64,000 nt of DNA from an uncultured Clostridia bacterium (GCA_934162365.1 CAKPIK010000001.1:234877-298876), one strand, 5' to 3'. Positions 19,276 to 29,846 are shown, counted from the stretch's first letter. The notes: a model not told the origin generated them from the letters alone. Program-made: numbers and translations.

Positions 19276-19557
19276 TTATTCCATTGTGATTGCACCGAAT
19301 GGACAAACTTTTGCACAAACACCGCAACCCTTACAATAATCATAATTAAAATCTTCTCTTTTTTGTTCTTTGTTTACTGGTATAGCATCATCTGGACAAA
19401 CTGGAAAACATAAACCACATTGTTTACATTTTTCATTTAAGAAAATAGGCTTAGAAGAACGCCAATCTCCAGTTTTGAAATTTCTTGCATTACCAGCTTC
19501 ATATATATTTCCACCAACTGTTAATTCTTCAGCAGGTGTGTTTGGTGTTATTTCCAT
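19276..19557 (-). CDS. porD: 2-oxoacid:ferredoxin oxidoreductase delta subunit (2x[4Fe-4S] ferredoxin-like)
   Basis: 93 aa with CKQCGLCFPVCP and CKGCGVCAKVCP. Confidence 0.8.
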   Translation of the reverse strand: MEITPNTPAEELTVGGNIYEAGNARNFKTGDWRSSKPIFLNEKCKQCGLCFPVCPDDAIPVNKEQKREDFNYDYCKGCGVCAKVCPFGAITME

Positions 19558-19574
19558 AAAACTTAACCTCCAAT

Positions 19575-20153
19575 TTATATTTGTTTAACAGCTTTTAAAG
19601 CAAGCTCTAAAGCTTTCATGTTACCATCAATAACCTCAGGTTTTTTGGCAAATTTATGTTTAAAAGATGATTTCATATCTTCTAAAAGTTCTTCATCTGT
19701 CATAACTCCAGAAACCTTAACTATTGCTGCAAGCATTGGTGTATTAGGAAAATATTTACCCAAAGCTTCAATAGATATTTCTCTTGCATCAACTGTAAAA
19801 ATCTTTCCAGAATAATTTTTTAATTTTGCTTTAATTTCATTTGCATCTTTAGTTGTATTTATAACTATCGCACCATCTTGCTTTAAACCAGAAGTAACAT
19901 CAACGCAATCTAATAATGAATCATCAACTACAACAACATAGTCAGGTTCATAAATATTAGAATGGATAGTTATTGGTTTGTTACTAATACGGTTATATGC
20001 TGTAATAGGAGCTCCCATTCTTTCTGGACCATATTCAGGGAAACCTTGAATATATTTGCCAGTATTAAAAGCAGCATCTGCTAATAGTAAAGAAGCTGTT
20101 TTAGCACCTTGACCGCCCCTACCGTGCCATCTAATTTCAATTAAATCATTCAC
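19575..20153 (-). CDS. porG: 2-oxoacid:ferredoxin oxidoreductase gamma subunit
   Basis: IRWHGRGGQGAKTASLLLADAAF is the gamma-subunit signature. It uses a GTG start with RBS aaaggagga 9 nt upstream. Confidence 0.85.
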   Translation of the reverse strand: MNDLIEIRWHGRGGQGAKTASLLLADAAFNTGKYIQGFPEYGPERMGAPITAYNRISNKPITIHSNIYEPDYVVVVDDSLLDCVDVTSGLKQDGAIVINTTKDANEIKAKLKNYSGKIFTVDAREISIEALGKYFPNTPMLAAIVKVSGVMTDEELLEDMKSSFKHKFAKKPEVIDGNMKALELALKAVKQI

Positions 20154-20340
20154 GTGAAGATTCCTCCTTTTTAAATAAAAATCAACACCTTAAGTATATA
20201 ATTAAAACATAAATAAGTCAATTGCAATAAGTAAGAAATATTAATTTATATAATTAAACTATTGAATTTTTTTGTGTTTTATAATATTATAAATGTGGAA
20301 AAATGGGAAGGATATAAATATACGCAAAGGAGAAAATATA

Positions 20341-21762
20341 ATGAAGAAGGAAAATGGTTCAATTGCAATATTTGCTTTAGTTGCATTATTGTTTATGACA
20401 GCATTTTTAATAATATCATATGCCAATATTACGAATAAATCTAAATCATTAAAGGAACAATTTAATATAATTCAGGGAATTTATTATAAATCTGACGATA
20501 ATTCATCATATAAAGATGCATATACAGAATTGAGAAAAAAGAATAAACAAACTTTAACTACATATACTGAAAATTCCAATAAAGTAGAATTAGAAAAAAC
20601 GTTTAAAAGTAATTTGTCTGACTATAAAATATATGGAAATACTATATCAAAAGGGACAGCTACTATGGAAAATTCTGATAAACTTGAAAGTTTAGGAAAT
20701 AAAACTAAAAATTTATGGAATGAAAGATTATTGTTGGAAAACAGTAAAATCACACAAAATACTAAAGGATATAAAGTAGCAGCTTATCCAGCTACGTTTA
20801 ATACTAAAAATAAAATAATTAAAGAATTAAAGGAACAATTAAAACCAAATACTTCATATACATTAACTAGAAAAGTAAGCAATCATATAGATAATTCAAG
20901 TGGAATGATACAAATACGTAGTACATCAAGTGCATTGGTAAGTGTGAGATATGGAGATGGAATACAAAGTACAACTTTTACTCTTACACAAGAACAAATA
21001 GATAGTATTGATAGAATATATATTTATGGAAAAGCTAGCCCTAATGAGACAATATTTGAATATATACAATTAGAAGAAGGAGAAAAATTTACATCATATG
21101 AGCCTTATGGATGGTATAAAATACCAGTTCAAGTAAGTGGAAAAAATTTAGTTAACATACCAGAGATTACAAGTCAAACACCAAATGCAACTATACAATG
21201 TAACATAACAAAACCATTTACTGTTAGTTGTCAAGAATATCCATCATTAATAACTAATAATAATGGAGTAGAAGCAAACATTTGGAGAATATCACTTACT
21301 TATCGTGATGGAACTAAAAAATATGTTATGGATAATGGTTTGAAAAAAATCAAGAATACTACGTGTACATTTGAAGCAAGTGAAGAGAATCCAGTTGTAT
21401 CAATGACATATCGTAATGCTTATATTAGAGAGGGTTCATATAAAGGAATTCAAATAGAATATGGCAAGACTTCAACGAGCTTTGAACCCTATATAGAGCC
21501 CACTATAATAAATATATACTTAGAAGAACCATTAAGAAAAGTGGGAAATTCAGCAGATTATATAGATTTTAAAAACAAAAACTTGGTTAGAGAAGTTGGG
21601 GTAAATTCAGATGGAAGTTTATATGCCTTAGATACTTCAATTAAAGAAAAAATGGAATTGCCAGATATACCAATATATGAAGATTACACACAAATACAAA
21701 TTTTAACAGATATTTCACCATCAAGAATTGAAATTGAATATGATGGATATACATTAGATTAA
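20341..21762 (+). CDS. Hypothetical secreted/membrane-anchored protein with a pilin/TadE-like hydrophobic N-terminus
   Basis: RBS aaaggagaaaatataatg. The N-terminus is MKKENGSIAIFALVALLFMTAFLII. The rest is an N/S/T/Y-rich, beta-rich soluble domain. Confidence 0.5.
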   Translation: MKKENGSIAIFALVALLFMTAFLIISYANITNKSKSLKEQFNIIQGIYYKSDDNSSYKDAYTELRKKNKQTLTTYTENSNKVELEKTFKSNLSDYKIYGNTISKGTATMENSDKLESLGNKTKNLWNERLLLENSKITQNTKGYKVAAYPATFNTKNKIIKELKEQLKPNTSYTLTRKVSNHIDNSSGMIQIRSTSSALVSVRYGDGIQSTTFTLTQEQIDSIDRIYIYGKASPNETIFEYIQLEEGEKFTSYEPYGWYKIPVQVSGKNLVNIPEITSQTPNATIQCNITKPFTVSCQEYPSLITNNNGVEANIWRISLTYRDGTKKYVMDNGLKKIKNTTCTFEASEENPVVSMTYRNAYIREGSYKGIQIEYGKTSTSFEPYIEPTIINIYLEEPLRKVGNSADYIDFKNKNLVREVGVNSDGSLYALDTSIKEKMELPDIPIYEDYTQIQILTDISPSRIEIEYDGYTLD

Positions 21763-21785
21763 ATATAATAAAAAGAGGTGTTTAG

Positions 21786-22361
21786 ATGGAAAATGCTTCA
21801 AAAGCATTATTAATATCAGCAGCGGTATTAATTGCAATATTATTAATATCATTTGGCATAAGAATATCTAATTCAACAGATAATACAGACGATATGGTTT
21901 ATGGTATGGGGCAAGAAATATTATCAGAAACAAAAGATGCTTCAGATGTGATTGCTGGATATTTAATAAAAAGATTTCCTGATACGACAGTTGAAAATCC
22001 TAGTAATGGATATTATATAAATTATTTTACAAAAATGGAATTAAAAGAGAATAAAAAATACATAATTTCGTTTGATTATATAATAAGAGAAAAAGAAAAA
22101 ACAGATATTTGTTGTGGTATAGGAATTGGAACAAGAGGGGAATATTGGTATAATAGGGACTTGGAATATGCAATTAAATATCCTAGCCAGGAACTTAATA
22201 CAAAAAAAACTTTTACTTTTGTACTTGAACCTAGTAAGTATAGTGCCTATAATGCAAACAAAGATAAGAAAGTATATTTGAGCCTTAGACTTGCAAGGAC
22301 AGGTAAGCCTAGCAAATTTAAGGTTGATATTCAAAATATAACAATAAAATATAAGGAATAA
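21786..22361 (+). CDS. Hypothetical small secreted/membrane-anchored protein, partner of the upstream gene
   Basis: RBS aaagaggtgtttagatg. The N-terminus is MENASKALLISAAVLIAILLISFGI. It lies 23 nt downstream of the previous gene. Confidence 0.5.
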   Translation: MENASKALLISAAVLIAILLISFGIRISNSTDNTDDMVYGMGQEILSETKDASDVIAGYLIKRFPDTTVENPSNGYYINYFTKMELKENKKYIISFDYIIREKEKTDICCGIGIGTRGEYWYNRDLEYAIKYPSQELNTKKTFTFVLEPSKYSAYNANKDKKVYLSLRLARTGKPSKFKVDIQNITIKYKE

Positions 22362-22367
22362 TAGATT

Positions 22368-22877
22368 ATGAAAATAAATATAGTAATGGTAGAACCTGAA
22401 ATACCACAGAATACAGGAAATGTTGCAAGAACATGTGCAGCAACTGGGGCAAAATTACATTTAGTTAAACCACTTGGATTTGAAATAAATGATAAATATT
22501 TAAAAAGAGCAGGATTAGATTATTGGGACAAGTTAGACATAGAAGAACATGAAAATTTGGAAGAATTTTTAAATAAATATGCATATAAAAATGGAAAATT
22601 AAAAGACAATGTTTTTTTAGTTAGTACAAAATCAAAACATATTTATTCTGAAATTGAGTATAATAAATATGATGAAATATTTTTGTTGTTTGGAAAAGAA
22701 ACAAAAGGATTGCCAGAGACATTATTGGAAACTAATATAAATAATGCAATAAGAATTCCAATGAGGGAAGGGCTAAGATCACTTAATTTATCAAATTCAG
22801 TAGCAATTGTAGTTTATGAAGTTTTAAGACAAGAAAATTTTGAAGGGTTACAACAGATTAGTCAGTATTTTGCCTAG
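22368..22877 (+). CDS. trmL: tRNA (cytidine/uridine-2'-O-)-methyltransferase TrmL (SpoU-TrmD fold)
   Basis: MKINIVMVEPEIPQNTGNVARTCAATGAKLHLVKPLGFEI is the classic TrmL/YibK N-terminus. 169 aa. Confidence 0.8.
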   Translation: MKINIVMVEPEIPQNTGNVARTCAATGAKLHLVKPLGFEINDKYLKRAGLDYWDKLDIEEHENLEEFLNKYAYKNGKLKDNVFLVSTKSKHIYSEIEYNKYDEIFLLFGKETKGLPETLLETNINNAIRIPMREGLRSLNLSNSVAIVVYEVLRQENFEGLQQISQYFA

Positions 22878-22892
22878 AAAATAAAGAGATAC

Positions 22893-22931
22893 AAAGGTTT
22901 TGTTAAAATTTAACAAAACCTTTATTTATTT
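22893..22931 (+). terminator. Rho-independent terminator after trmL
   Basis: AAAGGTTTTGTTAAA / TTTAACAAAACCTTT, followed by ATTTATTT. Confidence 0.55.
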
Positions 22932-23271
22932 GTTTAAGTATACATAATTTGACATTGGGAATAATCTGTAGTATAATAGTATTTGTTGCACTAAAAGATG
23001 CTAAAAAGGAGAGTGTTAATTTATTTTAAACGACAATATTAAATACTACACAAAAGAGTTTATAAAATTACTAAAAATAGCATTTGTTGCATTTTTAATT
23101 ATAACTGCAATAATATTAATTAAGTACAAACCACAATATGAAGTTTCTATAAATAATAAAAAAATAGGATATGTAACTTCTAAAAATGATATAAACAATT
23201 ATATAAATCAAAATGTTGCTTCTTTAGAAAAAAATAATATAGCATTAGTAACATTAGAAAGTACACCATCA

Positions 23272-24042
23272 TTGAAATTAAAATTAGTAGATAGAAATAT
23301 TGAAGAACAAGAAGATTTAATAAAGTCTGAATTAAAAGACCAATTAAATATTCAGTACACAACATTTGCAATTTCTATAAATGGAGAAAATAAAACATAT
23401 GTATCAACACAAGAAGAAGCACAAAACATAGTAGATGAATTGAAAAAAGATTATGATGAAAAATATACAGATAAGTTAGGAATTTTGCAAGTTTACTCTG
23501 AAAATGATGCAGAGATATTTGCTGTAAGTAATGAAAAAGCTAAAGAAAGTATTTCTAATGAATTAAACAACATGAAAAAATCAAATGAAACGGTTAAGGT
23601 AGCAACTACTAAGAAAACTACAACAACAAAAAAATCATCTAGTATAAATGGAATAAAGTTATCTGTTAAACCTTTATCTGGTATAATAACTTCAAGATAT
23701 GGTAAACGTTCATCACCAGGTGGTGGAGTAGGAAGTACAAACCACAAAGGCTTAGACATAGCAGCAAAGCAAGGTACAACAATAAAAGCTGCAGCATCAG
23801 GAAAAGTAATTTTTTCAGGAAATAAAGGTTCCTTAGGAAATTTGGTAATAATAGACCATGGAAATGGTGTTCAAACATATTATGGCCATTGTAACAAATT
23901 AAATGTTTCAGCTGGAGATAGCGTAAGCGCAGGAGATAATATAGCAACAGTTGGAAAAACAGGTGCGGCAACAGGATATCATTTACATTTTGAAATACAC
24001 TTAAATGGAAAGATTGTAAATCCACAAAGATATATATATTAA
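23272..24042 (+). CDS. M23 (LytM-domain) metallopeptidase. The first canonical start is TTG at 23272, but the open frame with a TM helix extends upstream to about 23020.
   Basis: Intact M23 motifs HKGLD (HxxxD) and HLHFE (HxH). The upstream in-frame segment KLLKIAFVAFLIITAIILI has no ATG/GTG/TTG (see findings). Confidence 0.7.
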   Translation: MKLKLVDRNIEEQEDLIKSELKDQLNIQYTTFAISINGENKTYVSTQEEAQNIVDELKKDYDEKYTDKLGILQVYSENDAEIFAVSNEKAKESISNELNNMKKSNETVKVATTKKTTTTKKSSSINGIKLSVKPLSGIITSRYGKRSSPGGGVGSTNHKGLDIAAKQGTTIKAAASGKVIFSGNKGSLGNLVIIDHGNGVQTYYGHCNKLNVSAGDSVSAGDNIATVGKTGAATGYHLHFEIHLNGKIVNPQRYIY

Positions 24043-24044
24043 AT

Positions 24045-24088
24045 AAAACACACAATAAAAGAATATTAACTTTATTGTGTGTTTTTTA
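24045..24088 (+). terminator. Rho-independent terminator after the M23 peptidase gene
   Basis: AAAACACACAATAAA ... TTTATTGTGTGTTTTTT. Confidence 0.6.
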
Positions 24089-24177
24089 TTAACCTAAAAA
24101 AGAAACAGCAAAGTATTGAAATTTTAAGTAAATTGATATATAATATGTTCCATATAAAAATTGGGAGATGATAATTA

Positions 24178-24462
24178 ATGAATGTTAGTAAAGAAGAAAT
24201 TTTGCATATTGCAAAGCTTGCAAATTTAAAACTAAAAGAAGAAGAAATACCTGAATATATAAAAAACTTACAAGATATTTTAAACTATGCAAATATAGTT
24301 GATAATGCACCAATAGAAGGGTTAGATACATCAATAGGAGCATTAGAAAATTATAATGTTTTTAGAAAAGATGAAATAAAAGTATTTGAAGATAATAAAG
24401 CTTTACTTCAAAATGCTCCAGAAGAAGAAGATAATATGTTTAAAATACCTAAGGTTATATAA
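24178..24462 (+). CDS. gatC: Asp-tRNA(Asn)/Glu-tRNA(Gln) amidotransferase subunit C
   Basis: 94 aa. The N-terminus is MNVSKEEILHIAKLANLKLKEEE. It lies immediately upstream of gatA and gatB. Confidence 0.85.
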   Translation: MNVSKEEILHIAKLANLKLKEEEIPEYIKNLQDILNYANIVDNAPIEGLDTSIGALENYNVFRKDEIKVFEDNKALLQNAPEEEDNMFKIPKVI

Positions 24463-24474
24463 GGAGGGAACGCA

Positions 24475-25947
24475 ATGGAAATTACCGATTTAACAGTACA
24501 TGAATTAAAAGATAAATTAAGCAAAAACGAATTAACAATAACTCAAATAACTAAGGCATATATAGATAGAATTAATGAAAAAGAAAATGATATAAATGCT
24601 TTTGTAACTACATTAACAGACAATGCGATGAAAGAAGCACAAGAAATAGAAAATAAAATAAATAATGGAGAAATTACACCAGGAGGTTTAACAGGTATTC
24701 CGATTGGAATAAAAGATAACATTTGTACAAAAGGAATAAAAACAACATGTAGCTCAAAAATGTTAGAAAACTTTATTGCTCCATACGATGCAACAGTAAT
24801 GGACAAAATAAATGCAGAACATATGATAAATTTAGGAAAATTAAATATGGACGAGTTTGCTATGGGTTCATCAACAGAAAATTCTGCATTTAAGAATACT
24901 AGAAACCCATGGAATTTAAATAAAGTGCCAGGAGGATCATCAGGAGGAAGTGCAGCAGCCGTTGCTGCAAATATGGTACCTTGGGCATTGGGGTCAGACA
25001 CAGGTGGGTCTGTACGTCAACCAGCAAGTTTATGTGGAATAGTTGGTTTAAAACCAACATATGGATTAATTTCACGTTATGGATTAATTGCTTATGCATC
25101 ATCTTTAGACCAAATTGGAACACTTACAAAAGATGTAGAAGATTGTGCAATGCTTTTAAATGTTATTGCAGGAAAAGATGAAAAAGATAGTACATCTATT
25201 GAAGTACCAAAAAAAGATTATACAGCTTCATTAAAAAATGATATAAAAGGATTAAAAGTTGGTGTGCCAAAAGAATATTTTGGAGAAGGAGTAAACCCAG
25301 AAGTTAAAGATGCAATTGAGAAAGCAATAGAAGAATATAAAGCTATGGGAGCAGTTGTTGAAGAATGTAGCTTACCAATAGCTGACTATACTTTAGCAAC
25401 TTACTATATTATATCTTGTGCAGAAGCAAGTTCAAATTTAGGAAGATTTGATGGAATAAGATATGGATATAGAACACCAAATTATGAAAGCTTAAAAGAT
25501 ATATTTGTTAACTCAAGAACAGAAGGCTTTGGTGCAGAAGTAAAAAGAAGAATAATACTTGGAACATATGTGTTATCTTCAGGATATTATGATGCATATT
25601 ATAAAAAAGCTCAAAAAGTTAGAACATTAATAAAAAATGAATTTAACAAAGTGTTTGAAAAATATGATGTTTTAATTATACCTACATCACCAATAGCAGC
25701 ATTTGGAATAGGAGAAAAATCAAATAATCCATTAGAGATGTATATGGCTGATATTTGTACTGTACCAATAAATGTAGCAGGTGTACCAGCAATATCTATT
25801 CCTTGTGGATTAGATAAACAAGGAATGCCAATAGGAATGCAAATAATAGGAAAACATTTTGGAGAAGAAACAATTTTAAATATGGCATATGCGTATGAAC
25901 AAAAAATTAAGTTTAGAGAACATAACAAACCAACATTTAAAAAATAA
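24475..25947 (+). CDS. gatA: Glutamyl-tRNA(Gln) amidotransferase subunit A (amidase signature)
   Basis: Amidase signature [13 protein letters not shown] with an S at the position of the amidase-family catalytic Ser. 490 aa. Confidence 0.9.
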   Translation: MEITDLTVHELKDKLSKNELTITQITKAYIDRINEKENDINAFVTTLTDNAMKEAQEIENKINNGEITPGGLTGIPIGIKDNICTKGIKTTCSSKMLENFIAPYDATVMDKINAEHMINLGKLNMDEFAMGSSTENSAFKNTRNPWNLNKVPGGSSGGSAAAVAANMVPWALGSDTGGSVRQPASLCGIVGLKPTYGLISRYGLIAYASSLDQIGTLTKDVEDCAMLLNVIAGKDEKDSTSIEVPKKDYTASLKNDIKGLKVGVPKEYFGEGVNPEVKDAIEKAIEEYKAMGAVVEECSLPIADYTLATYYIISCAEASSNLGRFDGIRYGYRTPNYESLKDIFVNSRTEGFGAEVKRRIILGTYVLSSGYYDAYYKKAQKVRTLIKNEFNKVFEKYDVLIIPTSPIAAFGIGEKSNNPLEMYMADICTVPINVAGVPAISIPCGLDKQGMPIGMQIIGKHFGEETILNMAYAYEQKIKFREHNKPTFKK

Positions 25948-25961
25948 TAAGGAGGAAAGAT

Positions 25962-27407
25962 ATGCTAAAAGAAGATTACGAAATGGTTATGGGGTTAGAA
26001 GTGCATAGTGAACTTTCTACAAAAACCAAGATATTTTGCTCTTGCCCAACAGAATTTGGAGGAGCACCAAATACACATGTATGTCCAGTTTGTATGGCAA
26101 TGCCAGGAAGTTTGCCAGTACTTAATGAAAAAGTTGTTGAATATGCAGTTAAAGCAGGACTTGCAACTAACTGCACAATTGCTAAGGACAGCAAAAATGA
26201 TAGAAAAAATTATTTTTATCCTGACTTACCAAAGTCTTATCAAATCTCTCAATTTGATAAACCACTTTGCGAAAATGGATATGTAGAGATAGAAACTTCA
26301 CAAGGAACTAAAAAAATAAGATTAGTTAGAATTCATATAGAAGAAGATGCAGGAAAATTAAACCATAATCCTTATGGTGGTGGAACTTTAGTTGATTTAA
26401 ATAGAGCAGGAGTTCCATTAATAGAGATTGTATCAGAACCTGATTTTAGAAGTGCAGAAGAGGTCGAAGCATATTTAAGAAAATTAAAATCAATTCTTGA
26501 ATATATAGAAGTATCAGATTGCAAAATGCAGGAAGGTTCATTAAGAGCAGACGTTAACGTATCTGTACGTAAAAAGGGAGAAACAAAGCTTGGAACTAGA
26601 ACAGAAATGAAAAACATGAACTCATTTAGAAGTATAACAAGAGCTATAGAATATGAGGCAGCAAGACAAGTTCAAGTTCTTGAAGATGGTGGAGAAGTTA
26701 TCCAAGAAACCTTAAGATGGGATGATGTATCTGGAAAGACATTCCCAATGAGAGATAAAGAAAATTCTCAGGATTATAGGTATTTCCCAGATCCAGACTT
26801 AGTTGCAATAAAACTTTCTGATGAATATATAAACAATGTAAAAAATAATTTACCTGAGTTACCAGAAAGCAGAAAGAAACGTTATATAGAAGAATATAAC
26901 TTAACAGAAAAAGAAGCAAATCTTTTAACAGCATCTAAATATATATCTAATATGTTCGAAGAAGCTTCAAAAATATCTGGAAATATTAAAGCAGCGGCAA
27001 ACTGGTTATTGTCTGATGTATCTAGAATATTAAATGAAAAAGAATTAGAAGCGGAAAATATTCCTTTTAGTGCTCAAAATTTTGCAGAACTTTTAATGTT
27101 AATAGATAAAGGAACAATAAGTACAGCAATAGCTAAAAAAGTTTTAGAAGAAATGTTTGAAAACTCAAATAAAAAACCATCTGAAATAATAGAAGAAAAA
27201 GGATGGATACAAATTTCTGATGAAAATGCTATAAAAGAAGTTGTATTAAAAATATTAGCCGATAATAATCAATCTGTTGTGGATTATAAAGCAGGAAAAG
27301 ATAAAGCATTGGGATTTTTAGTTGGACAAGCAATGAAAGCAACAAAAGGAAAAGCAAACCCACAAATGTTAAACAAAATGTTTATAGAAGAAATTAATAA
27401 AATGTAA
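25962..27407 (+). CDS. gatB: Asp-tRNA(Asn)/Glu-tRNA(Gln) amidotransferase subunit B
   Basis: GLEVHSEL...CPVCMAMPGSLPVLN and a C-terminal YqeY-like domain. RBS aaggagga. Confidence 0.9.
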   Translation: MLKEDYEMVMGLEVHSELSTKTKIFCSCPTEFGGAPNTHVCPVCMAMPGSLPVLNEKVVEYAVKAGLATNCTIAKDSKNDRKNYFYPDLPKSYQISQFDKPLCENGYVEIETSQGTKKIRLVRIHIEEDAGKLNHNPYGGGTLVDLNRAGVPLIEIVSEPDFRSAEEVEAYLRKLKSILEYIEVSDCKMQEGSLRADVNVSVRKKGETKLGTRTEMKNMNSFRSITRAIEYEAARQVQVLEDGGEVIQETLRWDDVSGKTFPMRDKENSQDYRYFPDPDLVAIKLSDEYINNVKNNLPELPESRKKRYIEEYNLTEKEANLLTASKYISNMFEEASKISGNIKAAANWLLSDVSRILNEKELEAENIPFSAQNFAELLMLIDKGTISTAIAKKVLEEMFENSNKKPSEIIEEKGWIQISDENAIKEVVLKILADNNQSVVDYKAGKDKALGFLVGQAMKATKGKANPQMLNKMFIEEINKM

Positions 27408-27434
27408 GGAATAGATTTTTATCTATTCCTTTTA
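27407..27434 (+). terminator. Rho-independent terminator after gatB
   Basis: AGGAATAGAT TTTT ATCTATTCCT TTT. Confidence 0.6.
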
Positions 27435-27512
27435 TAATACCAACATTAATTGACATAAAATGGAAAATATGATATAATATAATTATTAAAAAATTTTGAA
27501 AGGGTGAACAAT

Positions 27513-27857
27513 ATGAAACGGTGTAAATTTAATGGTATAGCAATCTGTAGAAATGTTGAAGAGAGGAAAATCTTTTCTCATATTTATCAAAAGTTATATC
27601 CGCCGATTCAAATCTGTGATAAAGCTTTATACCAGATAACAAATTATAAAGGTGAAAAGTTTATCATCGAAAACTTAAAATTAATTAAGGGAGGAGATAA
27701 CAGGGAATGCTTTATCATTGACATTTATACTGGACAACTGCTTTTCTTAAATGAAAAGAATTTCTCTGTGGTATGTCCATTGTCAGGAGATGAATGCGAA
27801 TGTTCTAAAGAGGAAGTTGTTTTAGAGTATACCCCACAAAAAAAAGAAAGGCATTAA
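27513..27857 (+). CDS. Hypothetical Cys-rich small protein
   Basis: ATG at 27513 preceded by gaaaggg. Contains C-x-C and CPLSGDECEC; no recognisable family. Confidence 0.4.
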   Translation: MKRCKFNGIAICRNVEERKIFSHIYQKLYPPIQICDKALYQITNYKGEKFIIENLKLIKGGDNRECFIIDIYTGQLLFLNEKNFSVVCPLSGDECECSKEEVVLEYTPQKKERH

Positions 27858-27874
27858 TATGCCTTTCTTCTTTT
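27845..27874. terminator. Bidirectional hairpin terminator between convergent genes
   Basis: AGAAAGGCAT TAAT ATGCCTTTCT, followed by T-rich sequence. Confidence 0.5.
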
Positions 27875-28130
27875 ATGCCATTTGTTTTTTTATTGTATCA
27901 AATCCAATACCTAATATTATAAAGTATGCAAAAAACATAAAAGAAGTTTTAAGAAGTATAAAACCAGAATAATAAATAATTGGATCTTTATAAAGTAAAT
28001 ATGTTAATAAAATAACTGATGAAAAAATGCAAAATATAAAAGAAAATTTAATTCCATTGATCATAATTTTTTTAACTTTTTCATCTAAATTTTTAAATTT
28101 ATCTATAATCATTTTTATCATATGTATCAC
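27873..28130 (-). CDS. Hypothetical small membrane protein (2 TM)
   Basis: 85-aa hydrophobic ORF with no motif. Confidence 0.35.
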   Translation of the reverse strand: MIHMIKMIIDKFKNLDEKVKKIMINGIKFSFIFCIFSSVILLTYLLYKDPIIYYSGFILLKTSFMFFAYFIILGIGFDTIKKQMA

Positions 28131-28212
28131 TCCTATTTATAATGATACCATGATTATTTATCAAAAACAAATGTAATTTTTGGTAAAAGAAAAAAGATTT
28201 CATTTAGAAATC

Positions 28213-28479
28213 TTATTTTTTCATTGAATTTAATTTTTTTGCTAAAGCAGATTTTTTTCTTGCTGCTGTGTTTTTAACTATAACACCTTTTGAGCAAGCT
28301 CCATCTATTTTCTTTGTAGCCTCTGAAAATAATGCTTCAGCTTTTTTAACATCACCTTCAGCTACAGCATTTTCAAAACTTTTAACAGCTGTTTTATAAG
28401 CTGATTTTATCATATTATTTCTTAATGTTTTTTTCTCGATAACATTAACTCTTTTAATTGCTGATTTAATATTTGGCAT
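28213..28479 (-). CDS. rpsT: 30S ribosomal protein S20
   Basis: [35 protein letters not shown] is the canonical S20 N-terminus. Confidence 0.9.
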   Translation of the reverse strand: MPNIKSAIKRVNVIEKKTLRNNMIKSAYKTAVKSFENAVAEGDVKKAEALFSEATKKIDGACSKGVIVKNTAARKKSALAKKLNSMKK

Positions 28480-28635
28480 TTATAAGCACCTCCTCTTATA
28501 TGAGTCTAAACTATAACGTATATTATTTTAACACAAAAGAGCAAATATTGCAAGTCTAATTTATTAAATAATGTTAAATAATTGAAAAAATACCAATTTG
28601 AATGTATAATATAGTACAAAGAAAGGGAGAATTAA

Positions 28636-29805
28636 ATGGAAAATATATTTGATAAAGTAAAATTGGAATTATTAGATAGAGAAGATATATTATCACCATA
28701 TGCTTGTAAAAGTAAAGATGCCATTCTATTAAAAGAAGATACAAATGTAAAAGAAAATGAATTTAGACCTATATTTTCAAAAGATGCAGATAGAATTATA
28801 CATTCATTAAGTTATACTAGATACATAGATAAAACTCAGGTATATTCATTAATAAAAAATGACCATATAACACATAGAGTTTTACATGTTCAGTTAGTTT
28901 CAAAAATAGCAAGATCAATAGGAAGTGTATTGAATCTTAATCTAGACTTAATAGAAGCGATAGCTCTTGGCCATGATGTAGGACATGCTCCATTTGGACA
29001 TACTGGGGAGCGTTTTTTAGATAATATATGTAAAAAAGAACAGATTGGATATTTTAAACACAATGCTCAGAGTGTTAGAGCTTTAAAAGATATTGAAGGG
29101 TTAAATATAAGCCTTCAAACATTGGATGGAATTTTAGCACATAATGGTGAGATTTTGCAAGATAAATATAAACCATGTAAAAAAACTATTGAAGAATTCT
29201 TGGAAGAATTAGATAAATCATTTACAGAGGAAAGCTATTCAGAATTAATTGTTCCAATGACTTTAGAAGGTTGTGTTGTAAGAATATCTGACATCATTGC
29301 ATATATAGGAAGAGATATTGAAGATGCAATTGTGGTTGGAAGTATAACAAGAGACGATCTACCAATAGAAATTACAAAAGTACTAAAAAATAATAATTCA
29401 ATGATAGTAAATAGTTTAATAAAAGATATAGTTGAAAATAGTTATGGAAAAGACTATATTTCATTCTCAAAAGAAGTTTTTGATGCATTAATGAAATTAA
29501 AAGAATGGAATTATAAACATATATACACTTCAAAAGAAGCATGCAAAAATAATGACATTATAGAAAAGTATTTTTATAAATTATATGATAAATATTTAGA
29601 ATTTTTAAACGAGAATAATCAAGATAATAATTTAAGTAAAGAAAACTTAATTAAATTTATAGACGAAAAAAGTGATGAATATAGACAAAAAACATCAACT
29701 AAAAGAATGATAATTGATTATATGGCAGGGCAAACAGATACTTTCTTTTTAAGAGAATGTGAATATAATTTTAAAGAATTTAATCAGGAAAAACTATATG
29801 AATAA
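28636..29805 (+). CDS. HD-domain dGTP triphosphohydrolase-like protein (Dgt family)
   Basis: HD motif with HxxxH...HDVGHAPFGH. 389 aa. RBS aaagggagaat. Confidence 0.7.
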   Translation: MENIFDKVKLELLDREDILSPYACKSKDAILLKEDTNVKENEFRPIFSKDADRIIHSLSYTRYIDKTQVYSLIKNDHITHRVLHVQLVSKIARSIGSVLNLNLDLIEAIALGHDVGHAPFGHTGERFLDNICKKEQIGYFKHNAQSVRALKDIEGLNISLQTLDGILAHNGEILQDKYKPCKKTIEEFLEELDKSFTEESYSELIVPMTLEGCVVRISDIIAYIGRDIEDAIVVGSITRDDLPIEITKVLKNNNSMIVNSLIKDIVENSYGKDYISFSKEVFDALMKLKEWNYKHIYTSKEACKNNDIIEKYFYKLYDKYLEFLNENNQDNNLSKENLIKFIDEKSDEYRQKTSTKRMIIDYMAGQTDTFFLRECEYNFKEFNQEKLYE

Positions 29806-29810
29806 AATAC

Positions 29811-29846
29811 AAAGAGCACTTAGTTAAAGTGCTCTGTTTTGTTTTT
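29811..29846. terminator. Bidirectional terminator between the dgt-like gene and mscL
   Basis: AGAGCACT TAGTTAA AGTGCTCT GTTTTGTTTTT. Confidence 0.6.

Noticed and set aside
24543-27000. Alternative-frame and antisense ORFs within gatA and gatB (24543-25001, 24981-25181, 25611-25928, 26008-26286, 26372-26617)
   Set aside because: gatA and gatB are unambiguous; these are frame shadows.
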